A stretch of DNA of 64,000 nt from an uncultured Ignavibacteria bacterium (GCA_964403165.1 CAYOFL010000002.1:5139-69138); one strand, 5' to 3'; counted from the stretch's first letter, positions 19,379-29,395 are shown. A program made the numbers and translations. The notes: generated by a model from the sequence alone, not told the origin.

Positions 19379-20941
19379 ATGAAAAAATTCATCTTTATCT
19401 GGGCTTTGATTTTAATGCTTCTATCCTCGCTTTCGGCTAGTTCTCAAACTGTTTCTAAGGATACTTCTCAGAGTGCTGAGCAGATTTTGAAACAGAAAGC
19501 GCAGATTGATAGCTTGAAGATGGAATTTGAGAAGGTTAAGAGCGAGGGCTATGAAAAGGCGATTGAAGGTGCGAATAGGAGTATCTTAATTTCAACTCTT
19601 GTGGTTATTTTTGTAACTTTACTTGCTATAGCGATCGGTATTTTCGGTTATTTTAGAATTAGGGAAATAAAAACAGACTATAAAGAAACTAAAGCAGAGC
19701 TTAGGAAAAGTTTTGAAGACGAGTTAGAAAGAGTACAAGAATATAAAAACGAGATTAAGGCAATATGCGACGAGATAAAAGAAAAAGGCAAATTCGTTGA
19801 TGAAGAAACAGAGAATTTCAAGAAGCGAATCAGCGCTCAGCGAGAAGAAGTCCCAGCGGATTTCTCTAAGGAGGTTTCTGAACTAATAGAAAAGGATTCC
19901 GAGACCGCAATTGAAGATTATGAAAAGGTAATGAATAAAATTTTCGATGAAGAGATCTTTCTTACGATGGCTTACAATTATTATGTTGAGAAAAAATATG
20001 ATGAGTCTATTGGTGAGCTTAAGAAAGTGATAAAGTTAAATCCTAAGCATTATGATGCCTATTATAACTGGGGTGTGGCTTTGCACGAATTAGGTAAGTA
20101 TGAAGAGGCGATAGATAAATATAAGAGGGCGACAGAGCTGAAGTCTGATTTTGCAGAGGCTTATTATAACTGGGGTGTGGCTTTAGGAGAATTAGACAGG
20201 TATGAGGAGGAGATAGAAAAGTATAGGAAGACGACAGAGCTGAAGCCGGATCATGCAGAGGCTTATTCCAACTGGGGTGTGGCTTTAGGAGAATTAGGCA
20301 GGCATGAAGAGGCAATAGAGAAGTATAAGAGGACGACAGAGCTGAAGCCGGATCAGGCAAATGCTTATTATAACTGGGGTGTGGCTTTAGGAAAGTTAGG
20401 CAGATATGAGAAAGCGATAGAGAAGTATAAGAAGACAACCGAGCTGAAGCCAGACTTTGCTGATGCTTATAATAACTGGGGTACGGCTTTGGGAGGATTA
20501 GGCCGGTATGAAGAGGCGATAGAGAAGTATAAGAAGACAACCGAGCTGAAGCCAGACGATGCAGAGACTTACTACAATTGGGGTGTGGCTTTAGGAAACT
20601 TGGGTAAACATGAGGAGGCGATAGAGAAGTATAAGAAGGCAACCGAGCTGAAGCCCGATTTTGCCGAGGCTTATTGTAACTGGGGTGCGGCTTTAGAGAA
20701 ATTAGGCAGGCATGAAGAGGCAATAGAAAAATGCAAGAAGGCAACAGACCTGAAGCCAAATTATGCAAGTGGCTGGTATAATATAGCTTGTATCCATTCT
20801 CTCCAAAAGAACAAAAAAGGGACGCTGAAAAATCTAAAGAAAGCTATTGAACTTGATCCCACTTTTAAAGAAAAGGCAACGAAGGAAGAGGATTTCAAGA
20901 ATCTGTGGGAGGATGAGGATTTCAAGAAGTTGGTGGAGTGA
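19379..20941 (+). CDS. TPR-repeat protein with signal peptide and a membrane helix
   Basis: N-terminal signal sequence, a TM helix (LISTLVVIFVTLLAIAIGIFGYF), a coiled-coil region, then about 10 near-identical 34-aa TPR units (AEAYYNWGVALGELGRYEEAIEKYKKTTELKPDF). Confidence 0.9.
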   Translation: MKKFIFIWALILMLLSSLSASSQTVSKDTSQSAEQILKQKAQIDSLKMEFEKVKSEGYEKAIEGANRSILISTLVVIFVTLLAIAIGIFGYFRIREIKTDYKETKAELRKSFEDELERVQEYKNEIKAICDEIKEKGKFVDEETENFKKRISAQREEVPADFSKEVSELIEKDSETAIEDYEKVMNKIFDEEIFLTMAYNYYVEKKYDESIGELKKVIKLNPKHYDAYYNWGVALHELGKYEEAIDKYKRATELKSDFAEAYYNWGVALGELDRYEEEIEKYRKTTELKPDHAEAYSNWGVALGELGRHEEAIEKYKRTTELKPDQANAYYNWGVALGKLGRYEKAIEKYKKTTELKPDFADAYNNWGTALGGLGRYEEAIEKYKKTTELKPDDAETYYNWGVALGNLGKHEEAIEKYKKATELKPDFAEAYCNWGAALEKLGRHEEAIEKCKKATDLKPNYASGWYNIACIHSLQKNKKGTLKNLKKAIELDPTFKEKATKEEDFKNLWEDEDFKKLVE

Positions 20942-21045
20942 GTGGGGATCCGATTCACAACAGATTAAGCTGATTTAGCGGATTTTTGCAGCAGATTATT
21001 TGAAGGATTTTTTCATCAGCTTAATCCTTATAATCAGCTGTGAGT

Positions 21046-21142
21046 GGCATTACAGTTGCGTTAGGAGCTTCACTCTTCCGCCTCTGGCGGAATCCTGGTG
21101 GCTGACGCTTTAAATGATGTCAGGACTGAGGTCCTGACACAA
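21046..21142 (+). repeat. ~97-nt structured repeat element, copy A
   Basis: Matches the reverse complement of 61845-61942 along its whole length. The internal hairpin ttccgcctctggcggaa is replaced there by ttccccgtacggggaa. Confidence 0.9.
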
Positions 21143-21199
21143 CACAAACGCTACGTTTCATTCTTGACGATTTTTTCACGAAGTATATTCATATTCAGT

Positions 21200-22660
21200 C
21201 TATGCCGACCTTCTCCGTTCCGGTTCTAAGTACTCCTTGTCCCAAATATGGTCGGTAAGCTCTGCAACTTTCTCTCCGTATCGGCAAAGACCTTCAACAA
21301 AGTCCTTTGCTTCTAAAGCCTCCGCCGCTTCGGGATTGATGGGCTTAGCCTGATGTTCCTTTACAATCTGGTAAAAGCGTCGATGATGATCCCGGATGGG
21401 ACAGGGAACGATTTCATTACCCACCAGATGGGAAGGCTGCATATAACCATAATCTGTTTGCCATTTTCGGACCGCTTTGAAAAAAGGACTTTCTAAAACC
21501 GCATTTATGTCTCCGCCATTTGAGTATATCTCTTTTATATTATGCGTGGAATAGGGGGTGAAAACACAGGGCATCACATTGCCGTTCCAATCGATGTAAA
21601 AGTATCCTCCTGTCCTGCCGGCACATAAACAGCCATCGCTGATCGACCCGGAGTTCCAGAAATCAGCAATGAATAGTTTTTGCTTCTCAATTAGCTCTCT
21701 TTCTCTTAAATACATGTTCAGCCTCTGCTCCGGGGTAATCAAAAGGTCTAAAGTGAACTTACAGCCAATGGGCATATATTGGAATATCCAGCCGTAGATT
21801 GTCCCTTGCTGATTGAAATAAAAATCAATGAATTCATCTGAGAGAAGAAGCTCTGCATTATCCTTGGTGGCTGTCAGAGATATGCCGAAGGGAACCCCAA
21901 CTTCTCTTAAGTTATCCATTGCTTTAAGAATCTTGTTATATACTCCCTTTCCTCTTCTTCTGTCTGTCTCCTCCTCAAAGCCTTCAACCGAGATAGCTGG
22001 TGTAACATTCCCCGAATCTGCCATCCTCTGTGCCCTTTTCTTGTCAATCAAGGTCCCGTTGGTGAAGAACAAAAAATAGTTATCATTATGTTTCTCCACC
22101 AGATCCAGAATATCCTTGCCCTGGCTTTTCCACATAAACGGTTCTCCGCCGGAGATGACGGTGAAAAACGATCCCCAGTATCTGGTCTTATCGGCGATTA
22201 TTTGAGATACTAAGTCAAAATCCAGTTTATTCTTAGCTCCAATCAAATTGCCGGCATAACACCCTTCACAATGAAGATTGCAGGCGGCGCCGGGGCTGAT
22301 GGTCAAAAAGCCCGGTGCTTCAAACCCGTGCTCCTCTTCAAACCTCTTGAGCTCCTCTCCGCCTCCTAAGAATATATTCCCCAACAGCACCTTTAAAAGT
22401 CCTTTCCTCACCCGGGGGGAGATGTTTTTATTCCTCAAAGCTTTATCCACGGCATAAAGTAGGTTTCTGGTCATCAGGTGTTTGTCCTCCTGCACCTTAC
22501 GCGGACGTTTAAAAGGGTTCGCTTCCACAAACAACTCATAGATCTTCTTGTCAGTCTTCCTCAATATCATCCCTCGAATAGCATCGTTTGCCATGGCGGC
22601 GTTAAGCAGGCTGGTGAAAGTTGCCAAAAATATTGCCTTTTTCTTCTGGGTAAAATCCAT
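21200..22660 (-). CDS. radical SAM protein (about 486 aa) with a Cys-rich C-terminal domain
   Basis: CNLHCEGCYAG (CX3CX2C), ISGGEPF, and later CLCAGR...NVMPCVF and VPCPIRDH. ATG at 22660 follows GGAGGGG. Confidence 0.8.
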   Translation of the reverse strand: MDFTQKKKAIFLATFTSLLNAAMANDAIRGMILRKTDKKIYELFVEANPFKRPRKVQEDKHLMTRNLLYAVDKALRNKNISPRVRKGLLKVLLGNIFLGGGEELKRFEEEHGFEAPGFLTISPGAACNLHCEGCYAGNLIGAKNKLDFDLVSQIIADKTRYWGSFFTVISGGEPFMWKSQGKDILDLVEKHNDNYFLFFTNGTLIDKKRAQRMADSGNVTPAISVEGFEEETDRRRGKGVYNKILKAMDNLREVGVPFGISLTATKDNAELLLSDEFIDFYFNQQGTIYGWIFQYMPIGCKFTLDLLITPEQRLNMYLRERELIEKQKLFIADFWNSGSISDGCLCAGRTGGYFYIDWNGNVMPCVFTPYSTHNIKEIYSNGGDINAVLESPFFKAVRKWQTDYGYMQPSHLVGNEIVPCPIRDHHRRFYQIVKEHQAKPINPEAAEALEAKDFVEGLCRYGEKVAELTDHIWDKEYLEPERRRSA

Positions 22661-23122
22661 TTTCCCCTCCAATCCGCTTCTGGTTTTACTGCCTCAAAGG
22701 ACATATCCCCTGTTCATAGAAGAACGATCTTGTCTTATTTAATTGACACAAGATTTTTCCCTCCATAACTCCCCCAAATGCCCTAACTCTAATCTTAAAA
22801 ATTAACAATTTGTTCCTAAAAATGTCAAGTATAAAAGCAACCCGACTTAAAAAAGTCTGTTAGTCTTTATAGCATATAGCTGAAAAGAAGAATGGCAAAT
22901 CGGAGAGGGACACAAGTTGTTCTAATGAAAAAATCGAGGTTTTGGCTAACAGCAAACCATAGCAAAATTTGTCTAAAAGCAACAGGACTAAATGCTTCAG
23001 AGGCTTAATTGATTTCGGGTGCTAAATCGACCCATTTGCAAAAGATTTTTAATTTTTGCGTAGAAAATGAGAGAAATTTTGCTGGCGGGAGAGGAGGAGT
23101 TCTTTTTCTCTAAATAGATTTC

Positions 23123-23143
23123 AGGCGACCATTCTGGTCGCCT
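23123..23143 (-). terminator. Putative terminator hairpin downstream of pilQ
   Basis: aggcgacc-attc-tggtcgcct. On the minus strand it is followed by a moderately T-rich tract. Confidence 0.45.
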
Positions 23144-23166
23144 CGGTTCAGAGGTCAGCAACCCCT

Positions 23167-23201
23167 CTGTTATCTGTTATCTGTTATCTGTTATCTGCTA
23201 T
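23167..23201. repeat. Heptanucleotide tandem repeat, 5 units (CTGTTAT)
   Basis: ctgttat x4 then ctgctat. The last unit overlaps the pilQ stop codon. Confidence 0.9.
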
Positions 23202-24562
23202 TCATGGGTTGAACCCTCATCCGGTTGGTGGATCGACCCCATGCTGTGCATCTCGTCAGTAACTATGGTTGGAGTTACAAAGATGACCAGATCGCGATTG
23301 GCTACCTCTTTTCTGGTATATCGGAAAAGATAACCCAACAAGGGTAGATTCTTCAATATGGGAATACCGACCTGGTTCTTCATCTCCACCTGGGTGGTTA
23401 ATCCGCCTATCACCGCTGTTTGTCCATTATCCACCACCACATTGGTCTCAGCGTTATTGGTATTAATGACCACTCCGTTGGCATCAAAGGTATAGGAGCT
23501 ACGCTCCGGCTTGAGTTTTAAAAGTATTCGGTTCTCTGAAGTGATATGCGGTGTAACCCGCAGGATGGTGCCCACCTCCTCGAACTGTATCACCACATTT
23601 CCTGCCTCATCGAATTGCTTAATGGGAATTTTTTGTCCCATCTGAATATAAGCCTCCCGGTTGTCCACCGTGGTGATCTCTGGATGGGCGATTATCTTTC
23701 CCTTGTTGCTGGAGGCTAAAGCCGAGACGATTCCTTCTATGTCGAAATCTCCCTGGACGGTGGCGAAGGTGTAAGTGGCGGTGGGGTCGCTCACCCGGTC
23801 GGTAATTTGAGAAAAGCTTGCCTCGGACTTATCCCCTTCCAGAAGCTGGGCGCTTTTTCTGGAGATCATGGACCAGTTGATCCCCAATTCAGTTAAAGCT
23901 CCCGATTCGATCTCCAGAAGCTGAGCTGATATCTTGATCTGATCGGTCTCCTTGTCCAAAGTGTTGACCAGTCGCTTGACTTTTTCGATGTGCTCGGGGG
24001 TATCCCGGATAACCAGAGAGTTGGTGCGATCGTCTGTATCGATGGTTCCTCTCTTGGAGATCACCGCTTTAATGGATTTCACCATATCCTTAGCTGTGCC
24101 GTGCTTTACTGGGATAACCGCTGTTTCCAGGGGAACCATGGTAGATTGGTCTGCACGATGCTTCTCTAATAGTGCTTGCTCGGCGAAGAACTCTTGGGTG
24201 GGGAGTATCCGGATAAAACCTTTCTCTTCTACCCCGGTCAGGCTGTAAGTCTGCAACAAGATGTCCAGCGCCCTTCGCCAGGTCACGTTTTGCAAGGTCA
24301 AAGTCACAGAGGCTTCCACCGAAGGAGACGCCACGATGTTGACCCCTCCATAATCAGCCAAGAAACTCAAAACTGAATGCATGCTTGCATTTTGTAAGTT
24401 TATTACGGTGATGATCTTGTCGTTCTTTCCTGATAAAGAAGGCTTCGCAAAAACATTCCCTGTTCCCACCAAAATAAAGACCAGCATCTCCAGGAGAAGA
24501 CAAACTCTCCAAACCGTTCCGCTCCACCTGAGCCATCTGTTCCCTTGAAGGATATTTCTCAT
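23198..24562 (-). CDS. pilQ: type IV pilus secretin PilQ (short form, no AMIN domain)
   Basis: Signal/TM, an STN/N0-like segment, secretin N-domains, and the C-terminal secretin core (IPILKNLPLLGYLFRYTRKEVANRDLVIFVTPTIV). Confidence 0.9.
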   Translation of the reverse strand: MRNILQGNRWLRWSGTVWRVCLLLEMLVFILVGTGNVFAKPSLSGKNDKIITVINLQNASMHSVLSFLADYGGVNIVASPSVEASVTLTLQNVTWRRALDILLQTYSLTGVEEKGFIRILPTQEFFAEQALLEKHRADQSTMVPLETAVIPVKHGTAKDMVKSIKAVISKRGTIDTDDRTNSLVIRDTPEHIEKVKRLVNTLDKETDQIKISAQLLEIESGALTELGINWSMISRKSAQLLEGDKSEASFSQITDRVSDPTATYTFATVQGDFDIEGIVSALASSNKGKIIAHPEITTVDNREAYIQMGQKIPIKQFDEAGNVVIQFEEVGTILRVTPHITSENRILLKLKPERSSYTFDANGVVINTNNAETNVVVDNGQTAVIGGLTTQVEMKNQVGIPILKNLPLLGYLFRYTRKEVANRDLVIFVTPTIVTDEMHSMGSIHQPDEGSTHE

Positions 24563-24576
24563 AAGTTACCTCTCTT

Positions 24577-26352
24577 TTAATATTCCCGGTTAAGTTCTAA
24601 AATCATTATTTGATACCCGCCATATTCCTCAACATGAAAGATTGCCCGGTCATCCTCAACACTGATTACATATCCATTTTTGATTCTGTCCCCACTCATC
24701 AGAATATAACCGAACTTTAGCTTATCTTCCAGCAAAGCCCAATTTCCTTTCTCATCCTTTAAGATTCCCACCAACTTTAGATTTTCAAACAGAGGTAGGG
24801 GCACCTCTCCAAAGCTCATATCTTGCCTCTCTGTTAACGGCAAGAAGGGATCCCTTCTGGTTCCGGGATTGTAATATACCATTTTTCTTTCATGAACCCA
24901 GTCCTGCTTAGACTCCTGGGGACTCTGGATCAAAATCAAACTTTCCGCCAATGCGTGGCTTTCCCTGGCGGCTACTGATTCAGGACCCAAAATCCTACCA
25001 ATTCCCTTCTGAACGGAGCCGGGAGCCCCCGTGGAAACATCCTCTTTCCCCTCAGTTTCAGCATCTGTTATCTTTGTCTTTTCTGTCGCCTCAGAAGACT
25101 TATCTTCAAGAAAAGGACCCAACGGAACTTTAGATCGACTTATCTGTCGCTTCGGAATAGATGGTTTAAGCAAGCTTTGTTTCGAACTTGACCAAAAGAC
25201 AGACGGTGCCTTTTTATCTTCAACTTTTGTTCGGGACTTAGGCTTCAAAACCAGCTTTGCAGAAACAGATGAGATGTCCTTTTGGCTCTTATCCTCTTCG
25301 ACTCTTTCAGCATCTGCTTGATGGGAGGAGGATTTGGTCTGCTCCTTGCTTTGCTCTAAAGAAGCCTGTGATGTAACTTCCAGCTCTGGTGGAAGGGCTT
25401 TCTTTTCCATAATCGGGGAAAATTCCTTTCCCTTCTTTATATCTTTATCCTCAGTTTTCGGCCGAGACAACAATACCGGTTTCCTTTCCACAGACGGTAA
25501 GGTTTCAACTGTATCAGTATAGCTGACCATTCTTTTGGGGATTTTTCCCTGTTCAGCGAGCTTAGCTTCAATCTTTTTAGGTTCTTTTTTCTTCACACCT
25601 TCATCCCCAGATTGTGCCTGAGACAATAAGACCGGTTTCTTCTCAGCAGACAGGACCACCTCACCTGTATCAGCATAGCAAACCGCTCTCCGGTAGATTC
25701 GCCCTTTCTGAGCAGGTTCGGCTTCCTCCTTTTCAGATACTGTTAAGTCAGTAGTTCTCTTAGCACCTGCAAGAGAAGCTTTTAATTGATCAGACTTTTG
25801 CTCCTCCTGGGAAGCTATTTCAGTTGAAGAAACTTTGGTTAGTTTTTTTCCCACGGATATCTTTTGATCCTCCTTTTCCTCCAGTACTGCCACCCACAAG
25901 GGAAAATCAGGATATTGCGTAGTCAAAATGGCAATGCTGGCTTCGTTTTCTGACTCCGGGTCGGTCACCTTGTATACCACGGGACCTTTTAGGTCCAGCA
26001 CAACTCTGACCATTCTCTCCGGAACAGTTTGAAACTGGCTGGTGCGGATTGCCTTTATGATGCCTGGCGGAAGCCCCTTTTTGTAATTATGCTGAGGTAA
26101 ACCAAAAATTGCATCCTTGCAGTCGATGATCACCCGGTAAGGTTTCCCACCCTTTGCCTCTTCTGTGGAGTGGATGCACTCAAAGGGTTGGTCCGCATAT
26201 ACACAGACTTTGGTGAAATTTCCCTCTTTTTTCAAGCTGATATTTTCGATTCGGCAACTTCCCCAAGCTGAATCGGAAGAAAAGGAAAACATCCAAGCAA
26301 AGAGAATTATCAGAATGATTACAGATAGCTTGGTCACATTATTTTCTCTCAT
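24577..26352 (-). CDS. AMIN-domain / PilP-like fusion protein with a long K/E/S-rich linker
   Basis: N-terminal AMIN-like domain (...VRVVLDLKGPVVYKV), about 330 aa of low complexity with an internal duplication, and a C-terminal PilP-like domain (DPFLPL...LKLVGIL...ALLED...GDRIKNGYVISV). It occupies the pilP position. Confidence 0.7.
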   Translation of the reverse strand: MRENNVTKLSVIILIILFAWMFSFSSDSAWGSCRIENISLKKEGNFTKVCVYADQPFECIHSTEEAKGGKPYRVIIDCKDAIFGLPQHNYKKGLPPGIIKAIRTSQFQTVPERMVRVVLDLKGPVVYKVTDPESENEASIAILTTQYPDFPLWVAVLEEKEDQKISVGKKLTKVSSTEIASQEEQKSDQLKASLAGAKRTTDLTVSEKEEAEPAQKGRIYRRAVCYADTGEVVLSAEKKPVLLSQAQSGDEGVKKKEPKKIEAKLAEQGKIPKRMVSYTDTVETLPSVERKPVLLSRPKTEDKDIKKGKEFSPIMEKKALPPELEVTSQASLEQSKEQTKSSSHQADAERVEEDKSQKDISSVSAKLVLKPKSRTKVEDKKAPSVFWSSSKQSLLKPSIPKRQISRSKVPLGPFLEDKSSEATEKTKITDAETEGKEDVSTGAPGSVQKGIGRILGPESVAARESHALAESLILIQSPQESKQDWVHERKMVYYNPGTRRDPFLPLTERQDMSFGEVPLPLFENLKLVGILKDEKGNWALLEDKLKFGYILMSGDRIKNGYVISVEDDRAIFHVEEYGGYQIMILELNREY

Positions 26353-26363
26353 GTATCACCTTT

Positions 26364-26954
26364 CTAAAATTCTATCTTCTTGAGCCTCTCCTCTTCCCTA
26401 ACATAGTAGGAGGTCAATTTTAAAGATGCGGTAACACTCTGCCCTTTCTGTTCAGGTATTTGTTCCCCCTGGGGTAGTGCGGTTATGGTCACATCCGACA
26501 CGTTTGCCAGGAAGGGAAAATTGGCGATACTGCCCAAGAAGCTCCCCAGGTTATGATATGATCCAGATATCTCTATGTCGAACGAGTTAGTGTTATAAAA
26601 GCTTGTAGGAGTTGCCCCCCGGGGGATGATCTGGATAACTCCGATCTGATTGGCGGAAGAGGCAGAATGCATTTGCATCAGAAACAGGTCAATCTGTTTT
26701 TCCTCGGGCAATAGGCGTTCCACCTTATGGTATCTTTTAAGAAGTTTTCCGTATTCCTCCTTCAGATTTTCAAAGGTCTTTGTCTTCATCTCCACACTCT
26801 TCAGGTCAGACAACAGATCCTCATACTGGACCTGTCTCTGCTCTATCAAGGTGGCCTTCTTAGAGTAGATCCTGGCATACCAAAAATAAAACACCAGGAA
26901 GACTGCCAGACCTCCCAAAAGAAACTTTTGTGTCTTCGTATCTCTTAAATCCAT
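26364..26954 (-). CDS. pilO: type IV pilus assembly protein PilO
   Basis: 196 aa with one N-terminal TM, a coiled coil and a ferredoxin-like C-terminus. Position is between pilN and pilP/Q. Confidence 0.8.
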   Translation of the reverse strand: MDLRDTKTQKFLLGGLAVFLVFYFWYARIYSKKATLIEQRQVQYEDLLSDLKSVEMKTKTFENLKEEYGKLLKRYHKVERLLPEEKQIDLFLMQMHSASSANQIGVIQIIPRGATPTSFYNTNSFDIEISGSYHNLGSFLGSIANFPFLANVSDVTITALPQGEQIPEQKGQSVTASLKLTSYYVREEERLKKIEF

Positions 26955-27680
26955 CTATTCCCCCTGAATGGCGAAACTCATCTTTAATTCTTTCTTTTCA
27001 TTTCCTAAAGCCAGCTTTAAGGCAGTCGTGTCAGCATCCGGGTTTTCAAACCCTGGCACATAATGAAGATCGCCCACCAGCTGAAATGAAAAGGCTTTAT
27101 ATTCTCTAATTTCCGCTCTTTTTATATACTGCAGTTCCATATTCTTAAAAAATGGCGATCTTTTGAGTTGAATCAAAAAAGAGGCTAAGTTGTTCAAAGA
27201 ATAACTGTATCCTTCCATGGTTATTCTCTTGACTAAAGATTCAAGCCGGGCAGATTGAATGATGTTATCTGTACCTGTATCTGGAGTCGCCTTATTTTTC
27301 GATCCCTCTTCCCTTAAAAGGGAAAGCCATAAGTAATCCGGGACTCTTCTGCTTAAATCTTCCAGCACCCTAACCCAGATTGCCCGGTTTCTATCCAGTG
27401 CTTCTATGGCTGATATCCTCTGCAAGACCTTATCCTTAAGCTCGGTTAAGGCATCCACCAACTCTATGTTCTTTTTAAGTTCATCTGTCCGTCTTTGTGC
27501 TTCAGCAACCTTTTTGTCTAATGCTTTAAGCTTGATGCCTTGAAAAACACCGATCCCTACAATCAAAACTACCAGAATCCCGATAAAAGCAACCACAAGG
27601 GTTAGGCTTTTATCAAAGGTGAAGCCTCTGCTTTTTGCTCTAAGCTCCCTGGGGAGCAAATTGATTTCAATTCTGGCCAT
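26955..27680 (-). CDS. pilN: type IV pilus assembly protein PilN
   Basis: MARIEINLLPRELRAK, which is the PilM-binding INLLP motif, then a TM and a coiled coil. Confidence 0.85.
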   Translation of the reverse strand: MARIEINLLPRELRAKSRGFTFDKSLTLVVAFIGILVVLIVGIGVFQGIKLKALDKKVAEAQRRTDELKKNIELVDALTELKDKVLQRISAIEALDRNRAIWVRVLEDLSRRVPDYLWLSLLREEGSKNKATPDTGTDNIIQSARLESLVKRITMEGYSYSLNNLASFLIQLKRSPFFKNMELQYIKRAEIREYKAFSFQLVGDLHYVPGFENPDADTTALKLALGNEKKELKMSFAIQGE

Positions 27681-27681
27681 C

Positions 27682-28734
27682 CTATTTTACCTTTCTTGAA
27701 GCTAATCCCACCGAGACAGCCAAAAGTGGCGCAATCGTATCTGGCTGCACACCCTTAAAGATGTCTGGATCGTATTCTATGTTTCTTAAGGGATTGGCTA
27801 TCTCAATCGGAACATTCAATTTTGATTGTATGAATTCGGGCAAGAACGGAATCAGGGCGCCCCCACCAGAAAGAACTATCCAATGCACCTGTGGTTCCTT
27901 AGCCGTGGATTTAAAATAAGAAAAGGCAACCTCCAGACTCGAGATCAGTTCCTCTGAAGCTGTGACCACTGTAGCTTTGAGCATATCCTGATCGATAGAT
28001 GCTCCCGTCTCCCCTTTGATGATCTTGGATGCCAACTCCTGATTGATGCGAAATTCCTTCATTATGGCGTTATAGACCAATCGTCCACCGCTGGCTAAAT
28101 CTCTGGTGGAATGAAACAATCCGTTCTTGAGAAAGGTGATACTGGTGGTATCGAATCCTATATCCATCAAAGCGATCACCTTCTCCGGGTCAATTTCATA
28201 ATTTATATGATATGCATTCAAGATGGCAAAGGCGTCGGTATCTATGATCACCGGCCTTAAGCCCGCATCCGTGACCAACTCCACATAGGAATTTAGAAAC
28301 TCGTTTCTGGCGGCGACTAAAAGCACATCCATCTTCTTAATTTCCTCATTCACACTGACGGTGTGATAATCCATGGTCACATCTTCTACATCAAATGGGC
28401 TTCTCTGTTCCGCCTCAAACAGAATAGCCTGCTCCGCTTCCATCCCGCTCTTTTGCTCCATGGTGATCTTATCCGTGATCACCCCATGTCCGGAGATGGA
28501 TATGGCCACCTCCTTCAACTTGGGATCGCATTGCTCCACTAAGCTCTGGAGATTGAAGATGACGGTGTCTTTATCTTTGATTTCCTCATCCACTATAATC
28601 TCCAGCGGCAGTTCCCTCATCCCCAGAGATGTTAAGGCGAAATTTCCAAATCTCTCCTCTAACTTCACCAGCTTAATAGAGGAAGCACCGATGTCTAAGC
28701 CTGCCACAGTCCTTGCTCTTTTTCCGAAGATCAT
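27682..28734 (-). CDS. pilM: type IV pilus assembly ATPase-like protein PilM
   Basis: Actin-like fold (VAGLDIGASSIKLVKL, IIDTDAFAI, VLSGGGALIP). Confidence 0.9.
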   Translation of the reverse strand: MIFGKRARTVAGLDIGASSIKLVKLEERFGNFALTSLGMRELPLEIIVDEEIKDKDTVIFNLQSLVEQCDPKLKEVAISISGHGVITDKITMEQKSGMEAEQAILFEAEQRSPFDVEDVTMDYHTVSVNEEIKKMDVLLVAARNEFLNSYVELVTDAGLRPVIIDTDAFAILNAYHINYEIDPEKVIALMDIGFDTTSITFLKNGLFHSTRDLASGGRLVYNAIMKEFRINQELASKIIKGETGASIDQDMLKATVVTASEELISSLEVAFSYFKSTAKEPQVHWIVLSGGGALIPFLPEFIQSKLNVPIEIANPLRNIEYDPDIFKGVQPDTIAPLLAVSVGLASRKVK

Positions 28735-29395
28735 ATGAGTCTCTTTTTTTGTTTTGTCCGCAAACGTGGTGATTGAAAAATTACACTATTTGTCTTGTCG
28801 GCTTGAAATCCAAAAATCTTAAGTCCCTATGAAAACTTTTGAAATGTTTAATTGCATCCCCTTTCTGGGGAAGATCTCAAACGTTTCTATCTCTGTGTGC
28901 CCAACTTATAATTACAATCGACAACAAAAGGAATAAACTTAATTTCTTTTATATTTTTTTAATGTCAAAAATCTCGCGCTCTCCTAAGAAGGTAAACTTT
29001 CAAATCAAATTAAATAAACAAACCTACCAGGGTTATCATTTATCATCAGTGAAAACAAAAGACCCTATTCACAATGTTAATTGAGACTTCAACCTTCATC
29101 CCCTTTTCTACAAAAGGAAAACGGGATATGGCAGAAAACTATAATCGCTTTATTTCCCCGATGTAAGAACACGTCCACTCAGGAATAATTATTCAGCAGG
29201 AACGGCTAAAATAACGGTTTAGTGAGAAAATCTATTCCATCAATCTTGAATGAGAGAAATCCTAAGTATTTGATTTGGGGATGAATCGAATTGTACAGGT
29301 AGCCTTTTCGTGAAAGTAAAATATTCTTAAAGAAGTAAATGCGTATCTCCTTGACAGGATGCGTTTCCTATTTCAAACACAACTTCTTTTTTTTA

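Noticed and set aside
20043-20768. 241-aa antisense ORF within the TPR gene
   Set aside because: It is an artefact of the 102-bp periodic repeat, which keeps the opposite strand open. It is low-complexity (S/L/P/H-rich) and lies fully inside a well-supported CDS.
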